Below are positions 51,424-64,000 of a DNA stretch of 64,000 bases, one piece after another. Every line of letters begins with the position of its first letter. The stretch's first letter is position 1. Source of the stretch: Octopus sinensis (lineage: Eukaryota); NCBI RefSeq assembly GCF_006345805.1, contig NC_043003.1, forward strand, positions 69,254,001-69,318,000, written 5' to 3'. The notes beneath the pieces were generated by a model. It worked only from the letters and a program-made list of their open reading frames with translations, searched no databases and had not been told where the DNA came from. The position numbers were made by a program, and so were the translations under genes.

Positions 51424-51690
51424 TTTCTCCTTTTTCGATATCAGCGACGGTTCGTCGCTGGAAAAAGCATACTGTACTTTACGAGTAGAGTGAGTGAGTT
51501 TTCATCACTAGTTGGTGATTAACACACGCTGAGGATGGGTAACCACCCAGAAACTCGAATCCGTGTGTATCACGTAAAGCTAAGGATAGGAGCGATGACC
51601 TCCTCTCGAAATACTAATAGGGCACAGAATGTGTGTCGTTGGCCAACTAGAAGAGATGTCTTCCTGTGGCACTGTCCCGTATAGGACGTC
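51424..51690 (+). mobile_element. Diverged solo relative of the 353-bp retrozyme-like unit
   Basis: Colinear blocks ttttcgatatcagcgac...cgctggaaaaag, aaactcgaatccgtgtgtatca and cacagaatgtgtgtc...tggcca match the 39-kb unit. Confidence 0.8.
51523..51567 (+). ncRNA. Type I hammerhead ribozyme fold, diverged
   Basis: cacacg-CTGAGGA-tgggt aacc accca-GAAA-ctcgaa-TC-cgtgtg. Stem II sequence differs but still pairs perfectly; C.A mismatch in stem III. Confidence 0.8.
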
Positions 51691-51711
51691 AATTATATGT
51701 GTGTATATATA

Positions 51712-51960
51712 ACGGGAAGCTTTATGAAAATAAACAAAAGACGAAGGCAGGTGGAAAACAAACGAACAATTGTATTAGTATGGCGCTCAGGAAATATAAA
51801 TAAAACAAGTCTTTAACGTTTCGAGCCTACGCTCTTCAACAGAAAGATACACAGAGAGAGAAAAACACAGAAAGAAGGAGAGAAAAAAAATGCGTGCAGT
51901 AGCTAACGAATCAACATGGCGATCTGATTTCGGCCAGAGGTCAAAGATCAAACATGAGAC
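51712..51960 (-). mobile_element. Penelope-like terminal-repeat fragment with variant hammerhead-like motif (51810-51847)
   Basis: Minus strand tcttt-CTGTTGA-A-gagc gtag gctc-GAAA-c-GTT-aaaga; 5-bp stem I closes. Confidence 0.6.
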
Positions 51961-52779
51961 GCGAGAGCGAAATAAGGGGAGATTAATAGGGTGATAAACG
52001 GGTTGAGGGACCAGCTAAAAGTGCGTGGGAGGGGTCTGGATGTGTGTATGTATAGGGTTGGTGTATGTATTAGTGTATAAGGGTGTGTGTGTGTGTGTGT
52101 GTGTGTATGAGAGAGTATTAGTGCGTAGGTTGGTCTGGACGTGCGTATGTATGGGGTTGGTGGTATGTATTAGTATGTATTAGTATGTATTAGTACGTAT
52201 TGGTATGTATAGGTGTGTGTGTGTGTGAGAGAGTATAAGTGCGTATGCGGGGTCTGGACGTGTGTATGTATAGGTGGTGTGGTGTAAGTATTAGTATGTA
52301 CTAGTATGTATTAGTACGTATTAGTATGTATTAGTTGGTGTGTGTAATTAGTATGGCACATCATATGTGATGTGATGTGTAAAGTCATGTGGTGTAGTGA
52401 GGAGAAGAGGGGGAGGGGGAGAAGAGGGGGAGAGAGAAAGGGAGGAGAAGAAGAGGGGAGGAGAAGGGGGAAGAGGAGAGGATGGGGGAGAAGGAAGGGG
52501 AGAGAGGGAGGGAGAAAGAGGGAAGAAGGGAAGGGGAGTAGGGGTGAAAGGATGATGGACTGAAGAAGTAGGGGTCGGGGGGAGAAAGGATAGGTGAGGA
52601 GGGGGGAGGGGGGTTAGATGAGGAGGGGGGGAGAGTTGAGACCAAATGGCGTATAAGAGCGAAGAGAGAAGATTAATTCTTGTTCACGGCGCAAACGGGA
52701 ATCCGGATGGCCTCTGTGTAAGGACAAACCGAACACAGATAGGTGTTGCAAGGAGTGACCGATATATATATATATATAT

Positions 52780-53154
52780 ACTAGCAGTATAGCCCAGCGT
52801 TGCTCGGGCTTGTTTTCTTTTCGACCCTTTAGAATTGGAATTTTTGAAAAGTAAAAATTGACATTATGTAGCATGTTATTCTCTTTAAGTTAACATTTTT
52901 CTGGTTGAAATACACCGAAAAATAACAACACAGCAGTCAAAAAATCGTAAAATATAGGGATTTTCATAGAAAAAAAAGCACCTTTTTGATGTAAATAATT
53001 TTTGGTGTTAAGATGGTCCGATTTGAATTTTCTTCTACGGAAGGACGAGCAAGCCTTCTTCTATCATTGTCTCAATTTTGGTCAACTTGTGCCGCAGGGT
53101 CTAGGAGATAGTGTTAGTTGAAGGCTACCAAACCTGCCATACAGACGACTTCAG

Positions 53155-53194
<40 letters not shown>
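52780..53194 (+). mobile_element. Helitron/Helentron-like non-autonomous element (second family)
   Basis: Starts actagcagtatagcccagcgttgctcggg and ends cagctttatatata...tag. Confidence 0.55.
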
Positions 53195-53196
<2 letters not shown>

Positions 53197-53317
53197 AATA
53201 GTAAAAAGTGAAAAAACTACAGAAGGCTTGTTTTAAAAGGTTAAAAAATATATATTTGAGTCAATATGTCTGAAGAATGTTATAAATTTTTTTCATACAT
53301 ATATATATATATATACG

Positions 53318-53353
<36 letters not shown>

Positions 53354-53515
53354 GTGTGTGTGTGTATGTATGTATGCATGTATGTATGTCTGTATTTATG
53401 TATTCATGTATGTATATGTATGTCTATGTGCGTGTCAATGTGTCATTGTGTGTCTATATGTATGTTTTATGTATGTATGTATATTTGTATGTATGCATGC
53501 ATGTATGCATGCATG

Positions 53516-53549
<34 letters not shown>

Positions 53550-53587
53550 TGTATGTATGTATGTATGTATGTATGTATGTATGTATG

Positions 53588-53618
<31 letters not shown>

Positions 53619-54993
53619 TGTATGCGTGTGTGCGTGTGTATGTATGTATGTATGTGTGAGTGTATATACGTACGTATCAATAAGATGTGTATGTATGTCT
53701 GCTTAATCATGTCTTAGTCGTTTCGTCGTCATCTTACGACGGACAATACGTCACAGGGTGTGCGTGCGTGCGCGCTGGTGCGACGTATTTCGATTGTATG
53801 TGCTTGCTGGTCGGTGAGCTGGTATGACGGCGGCCCGGGTAACGAGCTGGGCTCGGTGCTACTTGGGTAATAAAGTGATGTAGTGCGCTGGTGATGGGGG
53901 AGGGGGGGACGAGAGGAAGGACAGTTACAGTCGATAACATCGGGACACGGGACAACTTTAACTCTTATTTCTCATGACTGCTGCACCGTTCGCCCTCTTT
54001 TTGTATATAATTCGACAGCTGATCTGTGTTTATGGATCATATAGTGAAGAAACGTGTGTGACTGACGTTGTGTTGGCTATTGTGTGTGGTGTGTGGTGTG
54101 TGTGGTGTAATGAAAAATTAAATTATACTACTTAGAAAAATTACATATTATAGAAAGATTAAATATAAGATAAAACATATAACAATGATTAAGTAATGTG
54201 CAAAATAATAAACAAAACGTATATATTTACATATATATATATATATGTATATATATATGGCCGACCAAAGCCTTGTGAGTGGATTTGGTAGACGGAAACT
54301 GAAAGAAGCCTGTCGTATATATGTACATATATATATATATACATATGTGTGTGTGTGTGTGTATGTTTGTGTGACTGTGTTTGTCCCCCCCCCCCCCAAC
54401 ATCGCTAGACAACCGATAGTGGTGTGTTTATGTCCCCGTAACTTAGCGGTTCGGCAAAAGAGACCGATAGAATAAGTCCTGGGGTCAATTTGCTCGATTA
54501 AAGGTGGTGCTCCAGCATGGCCGCAGTCAAATGACTGAAACAAGTCAAAGAGAAAGAGAAAAGAGAAATATGCATGTATAAAAATGTGGCTATATATACG
54601 CATGTTTATATATATATATACGCATATATATGTATACTGTATGTACATATATCATATTTATATAAATTATATATTATATTAGAAGAAATGATGTACATAG
54701 AAATTCGGATGGTTTTATATTTACAGATATTTATTTGTATATTACATGTTTTTATACATCATATAACTTATATCGTATATCATATATTAGCGCTTTCGCC
54801 CATTCTGGTGGACTTTTCAAATTGCGTCCATTCTGGTGGATTTTTCAAATTGAAAATATATATATATATTATATATACATATATGCATGTATAAAAATGT
54901 GGCTTATATGTACGCATGTTTATATATATATACGCATATATATGTATACTGTATATACATATATCATATTTATATATATTATATATTATATAT

Positions 54994-55028
<35 letters not shown>

Positions 55029-55034
55029 ATGTAT

Positions 55035-55266
55035 AAAAATGTGGCTACAAGTAAAAGAGTAAAAGAGTAATATATGCATATTTAAATGTGTATATGCATA
55101 TATAAATACATGTATGTATTGATATTTACATCTGTAGTCATATATATATATGTGTGTGTATACATACATACATACATATATATATATATATAATATATAT
55201 ATATATATAATATATAATATATATATATTATATTATATATAATATATATATATAGTAATATTTATA

Positions 55267-55297
<31 letters not shown>

Positions 55298-56060
55298 TAT
55301 TTCATATATACTTGTATACATATACATTATTTACATAGATGTATATATTACATATATATAAACATACATACATACATACATACATGTCTATTCCCTTAAG
55401 AAAAGGCAACGCCTATGACCCTTTTGGGGGCTTCGAAGAGACTGATGATGGCAGATAGGGAGGTAGTTGTTTCCAGACCAGAGAGTGGACTCCGTTAAGA
55501 AGCACCTCAGAGGCAGCTGGTGTTATTAAACTGGCCAACGGATGGTTTGTGTGTGTATGTACATTTAAATATATGTATATACGTACTTACGTACGTATAC
55601 TTGGGAATGTCTGTCTATATGTATGTACGTATGTATGTTTGTATACATTTATCTATCTGCCTGTTTATGATAATTTGTAATAAAGGTAACGTGATTGTAT
55701 ATAAATTTCTCTTTCTTTCCGTGATTTTTTATTTCTATAAATACAAATACATTTGCGCTTAATTGAATGTTATACAATATATGTATCTGTAATAACTGTG
55801 CATGTATATATATATATATACACAACACAGTAATCTCTCGACTATCACGGGTGCTACGTTTTAAATACCCCAACCCCACCCCACCCGCGATAGGTGAAAA
55901 TCCGCGAAGTAGATTATAAATGCAAAACAACGCTACGGAGGAATCGACGTAAACTTAAATAATAAACTGCGATAGGTGAAGATTACTATATATGAAAAAA
56001 CAGATGATTGTTTTATATATATATGGATGGGTGTATGGATGTATATATATATGTGTGTGT

Positions 56061-56098
<38 letters not shown>

Positions 56099-56511
56099 AT
56101 ATATATATAATATTAATATATACATATATATATATCACAGCTATATATATAATATATACATATATATATACACGCATATATATATGCATGTACACATATA
56201 TTTACATATATAGATATATATACATATATACATATAACTATATATATATATATTTATAAAATATACTAACATACATATATATGTGTCTATATATATGTAT
56301 ATATATATATATGTGTGTGTGTGTGGTGTGTGTATGTATAAAAATGTTGCTACAAGTAAAAGAGTAAAAGAGTAATAATGCAATATTTAATTGTATATGC
56401 ATATATAAATACATGTATGATTGATTTTCACATCTGTATGCATATATATATATGTGGTGTATACATACATACATACATATAATAATATATATATATATAT
56501 ATATATATTAT

Positions 56512-56542
<31 letters not shown>

Positions 56543-57365
56543 AGATTATATATATATCTATATATATTATATATATCTATATAGATATATATATATATAT
56601 ATTAATTTCATATATACTTGTATACATATACATTATTTACATAGATGTATATATATACATATATATAAATACATACATACATACATCATGTCTATTCCCT
56701 TAAGAAAAGGCAACGCCTATGACCCTTTGTGGGGGCTTCGAAGAGACTGATGATGGCAGATAGGGAGGTAGTTGTTTCCAGACCAGAGAGTGGACTCCGT
56801 TAAGAAGCACCTCATAGGCAGCTGGTGTTATTAAACTGGCCAACGGATGGTTTGTGTGTGTAAGTACATTTAAATATAATGTATATACGTACGTACTTAA
56901 CGTACGTATACTTGGGAATGTCTGTCTATATGTATGTACGTATGTATGTTTGTATACATTTATCTCTGCTGTTTATGATAATTTGTAATAAGGTAACGTG
57001 ATTGTATATAAATTTCTCTTCTTTCCGTGATTTTTTATTTCTATAATACAAATACATTTGCGCTTAATTGAATGTTATACAATATATGTATCTGTAATAA
57101 CTGTGCATGTATATATAATATATATACACAACACAGTAATCTCTCGACTATCACGGGTGCTACGTTTTAAATACCCCACCCCCCCCACCCCACCCGCGAT
57201 AGGTGAAATCCCGCGAGTAGATTATAAATGCAAAACAACGCTACGGAGGAATCGACGTAACTTAAATAATAAACTGCGATAGGTGAAGGATTACTATATA
57301 TGAAAACAGATGATTGTTTTATATATATATGGATGGGTGTATGATGTATATATATATGTGTGTGT

Positions 57366-57403
<38 letters not shown>

Positions 57404-57598
57404 ATATATATATAATATTAATATATACATATATATATATCACAGCTATCTATATATATACATATATATATACACGCATATATATATTCATGTACACATA
57501 ATTTACATATATAGATATATATACATATATACATATAACTATATATATATATATTTTATAATATATACTAACATACAATATATGTGTCTATATATATG

Positions 57599-57637
<39 letters not shown>

Positions 57638-57650
57638 ATGTATATATTAA
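55035..57650. repeat. ~1.3-kb tandem duplication (possible assembly artefact)
   Basis: 55035-56339 is repeated at 56340-57650, e.g. cccttaagaaaaggcaacgcc at ~55393 and ~56698. Confidence 0.85.
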
Positions 57651-57923
57651 AATAATAAATACATGCGCCCTTTTAAAGCCTAGCTAGGCTCATGGGCCCG
57701 GTTTCCCGGTTTCTATGGTGTGTGTGTGTTCCCCAGCTGGACGGGACGCCAGTCCATCACAGCATTACTCATTTTTGCCAGCTGAGTGGACTGGAGCAAC
57801 TTGAAATGAAGTGTTTTGCTCAAGAACACAACGCGTCGCCCGGTCCAGAATTCGAAACCACAATCTTACGATCATGATACTGACACCCTAACCACTATGC
57901 CACCGCCTCCACATATGTATAAT

Positions 57924-57970
<47 letters not shown>

Positions 57971-57999
57971 TATATATATATATATACATATATATATAC

Positions 58000-58032
<33 letters not shown>

Positions 58033-59249
58033 CATACTTCCCAGCCACACAGGTTCCGGGTTCAGTCCTACTGCGTGTCACCTTGGATGTCTTCTATAGC
58101 CTCGGGTCGACCAAAGCCTTGTGAGTGGATTTGGTAGACGTAAACGGCAAGAAGCACGTCGCATATATATGTATATATATATGTGTGTGTGTGTGTGTGT
58201 ATTTGTGTTTGTCTACCCACCCCCCACCATCACTTGACAACGGATGTTGGTGTGTTTACGGCCCCATAATTTAGAGGTTCGGCAAAAGAGACCGATAGAA
58301 TAAGTACTAGGTTTACAAAAGAATAAATCCTGGGGTGGGAGTTCGATCTGTTCGACTAAAGGCGATGCACCAGCATGGCCGCAGTCAAATGACTAAAGCA
58401 AATAAAAGAATGAAAGAGTATTGGTCGAGTCCATTCCCTTGTGTACTCTCACAGGCGACAGTCTGTGAGTACACAAGAGTTTTCCAGCAAATAATTCACC
58501 TGAAGAATCTGAACACACAGGCGTTATCACTTTCGTTACCATAGCGGCCGAAACCGGCTCCGGCTCTGAGTACAAATGTCTTGTTTTCATAAGTTTTGAA
58601 TTAAAATCTTCCACCAAAACCATAGTCGCAATTTATGTTCCTAACACTAGCTGAATGATAACTAAGTTATCTTGATAAGTTATTTTTCGTCTGCCGTTAC
58701 GTTCTGGGTTCAAATTCCGCCGAGGTCGACTTTGCCTTTCATCCTTTCGGGGTCGATAAATTAAGTACCGGTTACGCACTGGGGTCGATGTAATCGACAT
58801 AACCCGTTTGTCTGTCCTTGTTTGTCCCCTATGTGTTTAGCTCCTTGTGGGTAGTAAAGAAATATATTTTGATAAGTTCTTTGTTGTATTTAAAGTAATT
58901 GAAAGAAACACGAAGTATTTCAAAATAAACACAGTTACGAAAGAGTAGCAACAGAGAGAGAGATATAAATATCATTGAACTCTTGTCTTCCAACAAACAA
59001 CACTTCACATCTATATAAATGTGTGTGTGTGGTGTGTGTGTGTGTGTGGGTGTGGGTGGGTGTAGGTGTGTGTGTAGGTGTTTGTAGGTGTGTGTGTGTG
59101 TGTGTGTAATGATGCATTAAATAAATGTGTGTTGCTTGTGTATCAACATTGTCAATGTATTTATTATCTTTTATTACTTAAGTATGTATAAGTATGCATA
59201 CTTCGCTCAACTGTACAATATCATCAGGTAAATGTTTTTGTGTGAGTGT

Positions 59250-59294
<45 letters not shown>

Positions 59295-59389
59295 GTGTGT
59301 GTGTGTAGGTGTTTATGTATAAGAGCTTTTGTTGATTTTTGAGATATTAGTTCAGCAGGTGTGTGCATATACAGTGTGCGGGTGTATAC

Positions 59390-59424
<35 letters not shown>

Positions 59425-59587
59425 CAAGCATGCACATACATACATATACATGCATACATATATATACATGCACATACACATAGATATACATACACACATA
59501 CACATAGATATACATACATATACATATGTATACATATACACACACACATACACGCACACGCACATACACACACACATACATACATAC

Positions 59588-59631
<44 letters not shown>

Positions 59632-59634
59632 TAT

Positions 59635-59680
<46 letters not shown>

Positions 59681-59794
59681 TGTATGTATGTATATATACA
59701 CACATTCATGTATGAATGTATACGTGTAATAGAGACGTTATGGACATCTCGGCAAGTGTATACACTACAAACATGAATATATATCAATATATAT

Positions 59795-59826
<32 letters not shown>

Positions 59827-60099
59827 CATATAAATACATATACATATATACATGCATACATACATATTCGGATTTGTTATATAACAATTGCGAAGGGTCA
59901 CTCAAAACTTTTTTATGATGATATTTATTTATTTATTTTTACAATGGAAACGTTGACAGTAACTTCGAAGGTAAAGGCTCGCTCACCGCTTTCATACGTG
60001 TGTGAATAGTCTTGCCTTCCTTTTAGCTTTTTTGGGTTTTTTAAACTGCCCCTTGTCCTGTCTTGCCCCACACTTTTTTAAAAACACGGAAAATTTTCC

Positions 60100-61030
60100 T
60101 TGTTTAAACAATACCACTCACCACCACCACCACCACCACCACCACCACCACTTCTACTACAACTACGATAGTACTACTACTACTACTACTACTACCTCCC
60201 AATCCCATTTCCCCTGCCCGTTACTTACTCCCTTACCCACCGTCAGTAATAACTGCTACTCCCACTATCACTCAATATTTTCTACCCCTTCCTTCCTTCC
60301 TTCCTTCCCACCAGTTGTCGTTCCCCCACTACACTTACTACTCATACTACCACCACTCATTCCCCATCATCACCCCCAACAACTCCTAACACTTTTACCC
60401 TCCCCATACCACCCATTTCACTCTTATTCTCTCTGTCTCACTCTCTTTCACCTCCAATACCCTCACCCAACCTCGTCACCTCTCTCTCTCTCGGACATTC
60501 CCACCACCACCACCCTCGAACTACTCACAACCTCTTTCTATTTATCACCACCCCCTTTTAATAAACACACACCCTACCAATACCACCCTACCTCACACAT
60601 CACATCTCTCCGGCCGTGCAACCCCACCAACTTCGCCTTAATCTCTCTCTCCCTCTCACTCACTCTCTCTATCTATCTTTCTATCTGTCTGTGTCACTCT
60701 ATCTGTCTTTCTATCTTTCTCTCCGACTGCGCTCCCTACCCACACTTCGCCTTTTCTTCTTTCTTCTCCTTCTCCCTCCGTCTCTCTCTCTCTCTCTCTT
60801 TCTATCTATCTACCTATCTATCTATTTATCTCGCTATCTTAATCTCTCTTCCCCTCTCACGCACACTACCCACATCACAAATGCACGCCCGCAATACCAC
60901 CCTCATTCCCTTCCTTTCTTCTTCCTCTTCTTCCCATCGCCCCTCCTTCCACACTTTTCATCCCTTCCTTCCTCTTCTCATACCCCTCTTTCTTCACTTT
61001 TCCCTTCTTCTTCCTCCTCCTCCTCCACCT
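60100..61030. repeat. G-poor pyrimidine-rich low-complexity tract
   Basis: (CAC)n, (TAC)n, (CT)n and (TTC)n runs; explains the spurious 425-aa ORF. Confidence 0.85.
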
Positions 61031-62275
61031 TCGTCGGTCGGTCGGTCTGTTGACTGGTTGGACGTTCGTGCGGTCGGTCGGTGGGGTCGTTTTGTCGTTT
61101 GTCAAGACATTCCGTCGTTGTATATTCAACGGCACGTCAGCCGTCAGCCGGGCACGCGACAATCACCTTACCTCGCAGCATTCCCTTTACAATGGGGGCC
61201 TTCTCTTTCTCTCTCTCTCTTTCTACCTATCTATCTATATATATATAAACATCTATATATATTTATAAAACCCACATAACATACTAACAACCAACACTGA
61301 ACTTCATTAATTATTTTTTCTTTTGCGATACCTTAAAGACATACAGACATATAACTCTTTAAAAAGTTACCTGCCTCTATTAATTCCATACAACTTAACA
61401 ATTATCGATACTGCTATTAACAATAAATAACAACACAACTGATACTAATATAATTATTACTATTAACGATAACTTTTTCTAGCTTGTTGCTTAGTTGGGT
61501 CGACATTGTGTGTACGCTGGCTGACTCAAGTTCAAAACCGATTATCCATGGATTATGATATCATATATACTTTTTTGGATTACGCATACCGATATATACA
61601 CAAACAAGATTGATTGCCTTCATACGGATATATAAAAATATTCATACACCTCATATATACATATGCGTATATATAAATGCATACAAAGCAGAATGCAAAA
61701 GAAAGAACGTTCATTACAAAATGTTGAGGAATTTTGAATCAAACACAAATATGATTTTAATTAAATTTTAATTAAACTTTAATTAAATTTTAATTAATTG
61801 AATATTTACATGCACACGAATATCAAATATAACCGCTATAAACACAGGAAGACAAAAACAAATATTTTATATATATAAATATAACATAAATACGTGTATA
61901 TATTTATGCGTGTGTTTACACTCGGATAACTTTAAAAACTTTTATACGTAAAAACTTACATTCAAAATATTTATAAATTCTCTCATATATACATACATAC
62001 ATAGACACCCACCCAAACATACATACATACATACATACATACATACATACATACTACATACATACATACATACATACATATGGATGGATGTACAATAATA
62101 ACAAAACTGAACATGTTTATTGAAAGGAAAAAATCACAGTGAATCCTAACAAGTTCCCAGTCCGTTACAAAACAAGGGTTTGGAGAAAAACAGACAAAGA
62201 GGGGAGGTTTAATGAGTGACTGTGTGTGTGTGAGTGTATGCGTATATGTATGTGTGTAACAGAGCTGTAACAGAA

Positions 62276-62950
62276 ATGGAATTCTTTAATTCACCGTTTC
62301 TGGATTGTTCTGATGCTCTGTCGATAAATGCCATGATTGAAACCTTGGACAAAGACGTACAAGGAGACTTGGAACATTTCTTACAGACTTCGATACCTGA
62401 AAATAATAATAATAATAATAATAAGATGGGCTTCGAGATGGATTTACGATCGGATCTTTGCATGTCGGATATGTTAACTGTCAATGGAGTGGAGCCGGTG
62501 TTTAATAATATGATGACGACGATGGCCATGATAACAACTGGCATGATGGGGACGGCGATGACGGCGCCTGCTGTGTTGGGAACGACGTCGACGACGACGG
62601 CTACGGCCGAAGCAACAACAACAACATCGATACCAACATCATCATCATCATCATCATCATCATTATCGTCATCGTTGTTATCGACAATAACAACAGTAGC
62701 ATCGCTGTCTACGATACCAACAACAACAACCACCACCACCACCGCCACACCAACAATAGCAACGACATCAACAGATGCTGTACACGCTACAATAACAACA
62801 GCAACAGTGACATCATCACCATCACCATCATCGTCATCGTCATCATCATCATCATCATCGTTATCATCATCATTATCATCATCATCATCATCATCGTTAT
62901 TATTGTTATCGTCAGCAACACCGACATTAACAGTAGCGCCGACGACGACG

Positions 62951-62981
<31 letters not shown>

Positions 62982-64000
62982 ACCATCAGGCAACCAGCAA
63001 TGGACAAGGTGAGTCGTTAAGTTCTTTCTCGACTGTCGTTTACCGTGACAAGAGCCGGGCAGGGGCAGGAGGAGGAGGGGGAGAAGGTGGTGCTAGTGGT
63101 GGTGTTGGAGGAGGAGGAGGAGGAGGAGGTGAACTTTTTATGCTTAACAACATCACCAATAACAACAACAACAACACCGACACTATCGACAACACAGAAA
63201 TAGCAATTGCAACAACAACAACAGCAAGTGCCTCACAAACAAAAACAATTAGTAGTAGTGGTGGTGGTGTTGGTGGTGGTCATTTAATTGGCTGGGCCAA
63301 CGGTTTCAGAAGCAGCAGGCTGGGCGAGAACTGCACCAACTTCACAATCGTCGGAGGTTCTCAACGGGTGATCAGTGGACGAATGGTGGACAAAAGCAAC
63401 AACAACAACTATAACGATACCAGTAATAAACTTAATAATAATAATAATAATATTTTACTTAGCAATAACAACACTTATAATAATAATAATAATAATAATA
63501 ATAGTAATATTAACAACAGTCCGTCTATCAACGACAACAACAATAATAATAATAATACTAATAATAATGTTAATAGCAACAGAGATAATGTTAGTTGCTT
63601 CGGGAGGAGTATTATCAAAGCTGGGTCGAGAATTGTCCGTGCCGATCGGACATTAAGTCAGCAAAATTGCGATGTCCTTTGGTCACCCGGTTTATCGCGA
63701 TTGTCTGAAGTAACGGAATCGAGAGATTCTTCTTCTGTCAATGTTCAGGGGGTTTCTGGATCGAATTTAAATGGCAACAGTTTGAGTAGTCTGGCAGGAC
63801 ACAATCTCGGTAACTGTCGTGTGTTTATAGACCATCACCAGCCAAATACGCTTAATGTCGGTTCGAATCTAGTTATCAACTCGAAAACACGAAACTTGCC
63901 CTCGCAGGTCGGCCAGCCGAAGCAATGCACAGCTGTTCTTCTTGGGACGGTAGGACAGCTCTCCAAATCGGCGGTGACGGCTGCTGCTCTCCAGCAGTCC
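62276..64000 (+). CDS. Large coding exon, 3'-partial: 575 codons of low-complexity protein (acidic N-terminal segment, then poly-T/S/A/G/N tracts); product unidentified
   Basis: Translated by hand with no stop from ATG 62276 to the window end: MEFFNSPFLDCSDALSINAMIETLDKDVQGDLEHFLQTSIPENNNNNNNKMGFEMDL...AVTAAALQQS. All trinucleotide repeats stay in frame, GC is raised, acceptor-like aacag sites end at 62262 and 62273, and there is an in-frame stop at 62231. Confidence 0.85.

Noticed and set aside
60002-61279. 425-aa + strand ORF
   Set aside because: GTG start; the open frame is explained by a G-poor C/T-rich tract that rarely forms stop codons; no domain signature.
62209-62993. Minus-strand ORFs of 179 and 68 aa
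   Set aside because: Antisense shadows of the + strand exon's trinucleotide repeats.

Overview
AT-rich, repeat-saturated eukaryotic genomic DNA. The SINE families, extreme (TACA)n/(GATA)n/(CA)n/(TA)n load and low-complexity exon suggest a cephalopod (Octopus-like) genome; this is inferred, not proven. Nearly all ORFs in the supplied track are microsatellite artefacts. The only convincing host coding sequence is a 575-codon stop-free + strand exon from 62276 to the window end, which the ORF track missed because it has no stop. The rest is a mosaic of three tRNA-derived SINE families, fossil DNA transposons (pogo, two Tc1/mariner types, hAT MITEs, Helitron-like elements), LINE fragments (RTE-, CR1/L2-, Tx1/L1- and R4/Dong-like) and foldback elements. 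The main discovery is a non-coding 353-bp repeat at 38897-39978, with one inverted partial copy and about 2.15 direct copies. Each unit carries a type I hammerhead ribozyme fold, and the two + strand copies have an intact core. A diverged relative at about 51.5 kb keeps the same fold by compensatory changes. This looks like a retrozyme/Penelope-type system able to release a 353-nt (circular) RNA. Several more minimal, variant-core hammerhead-like motifs sit in Penelope-like fragments across the window.
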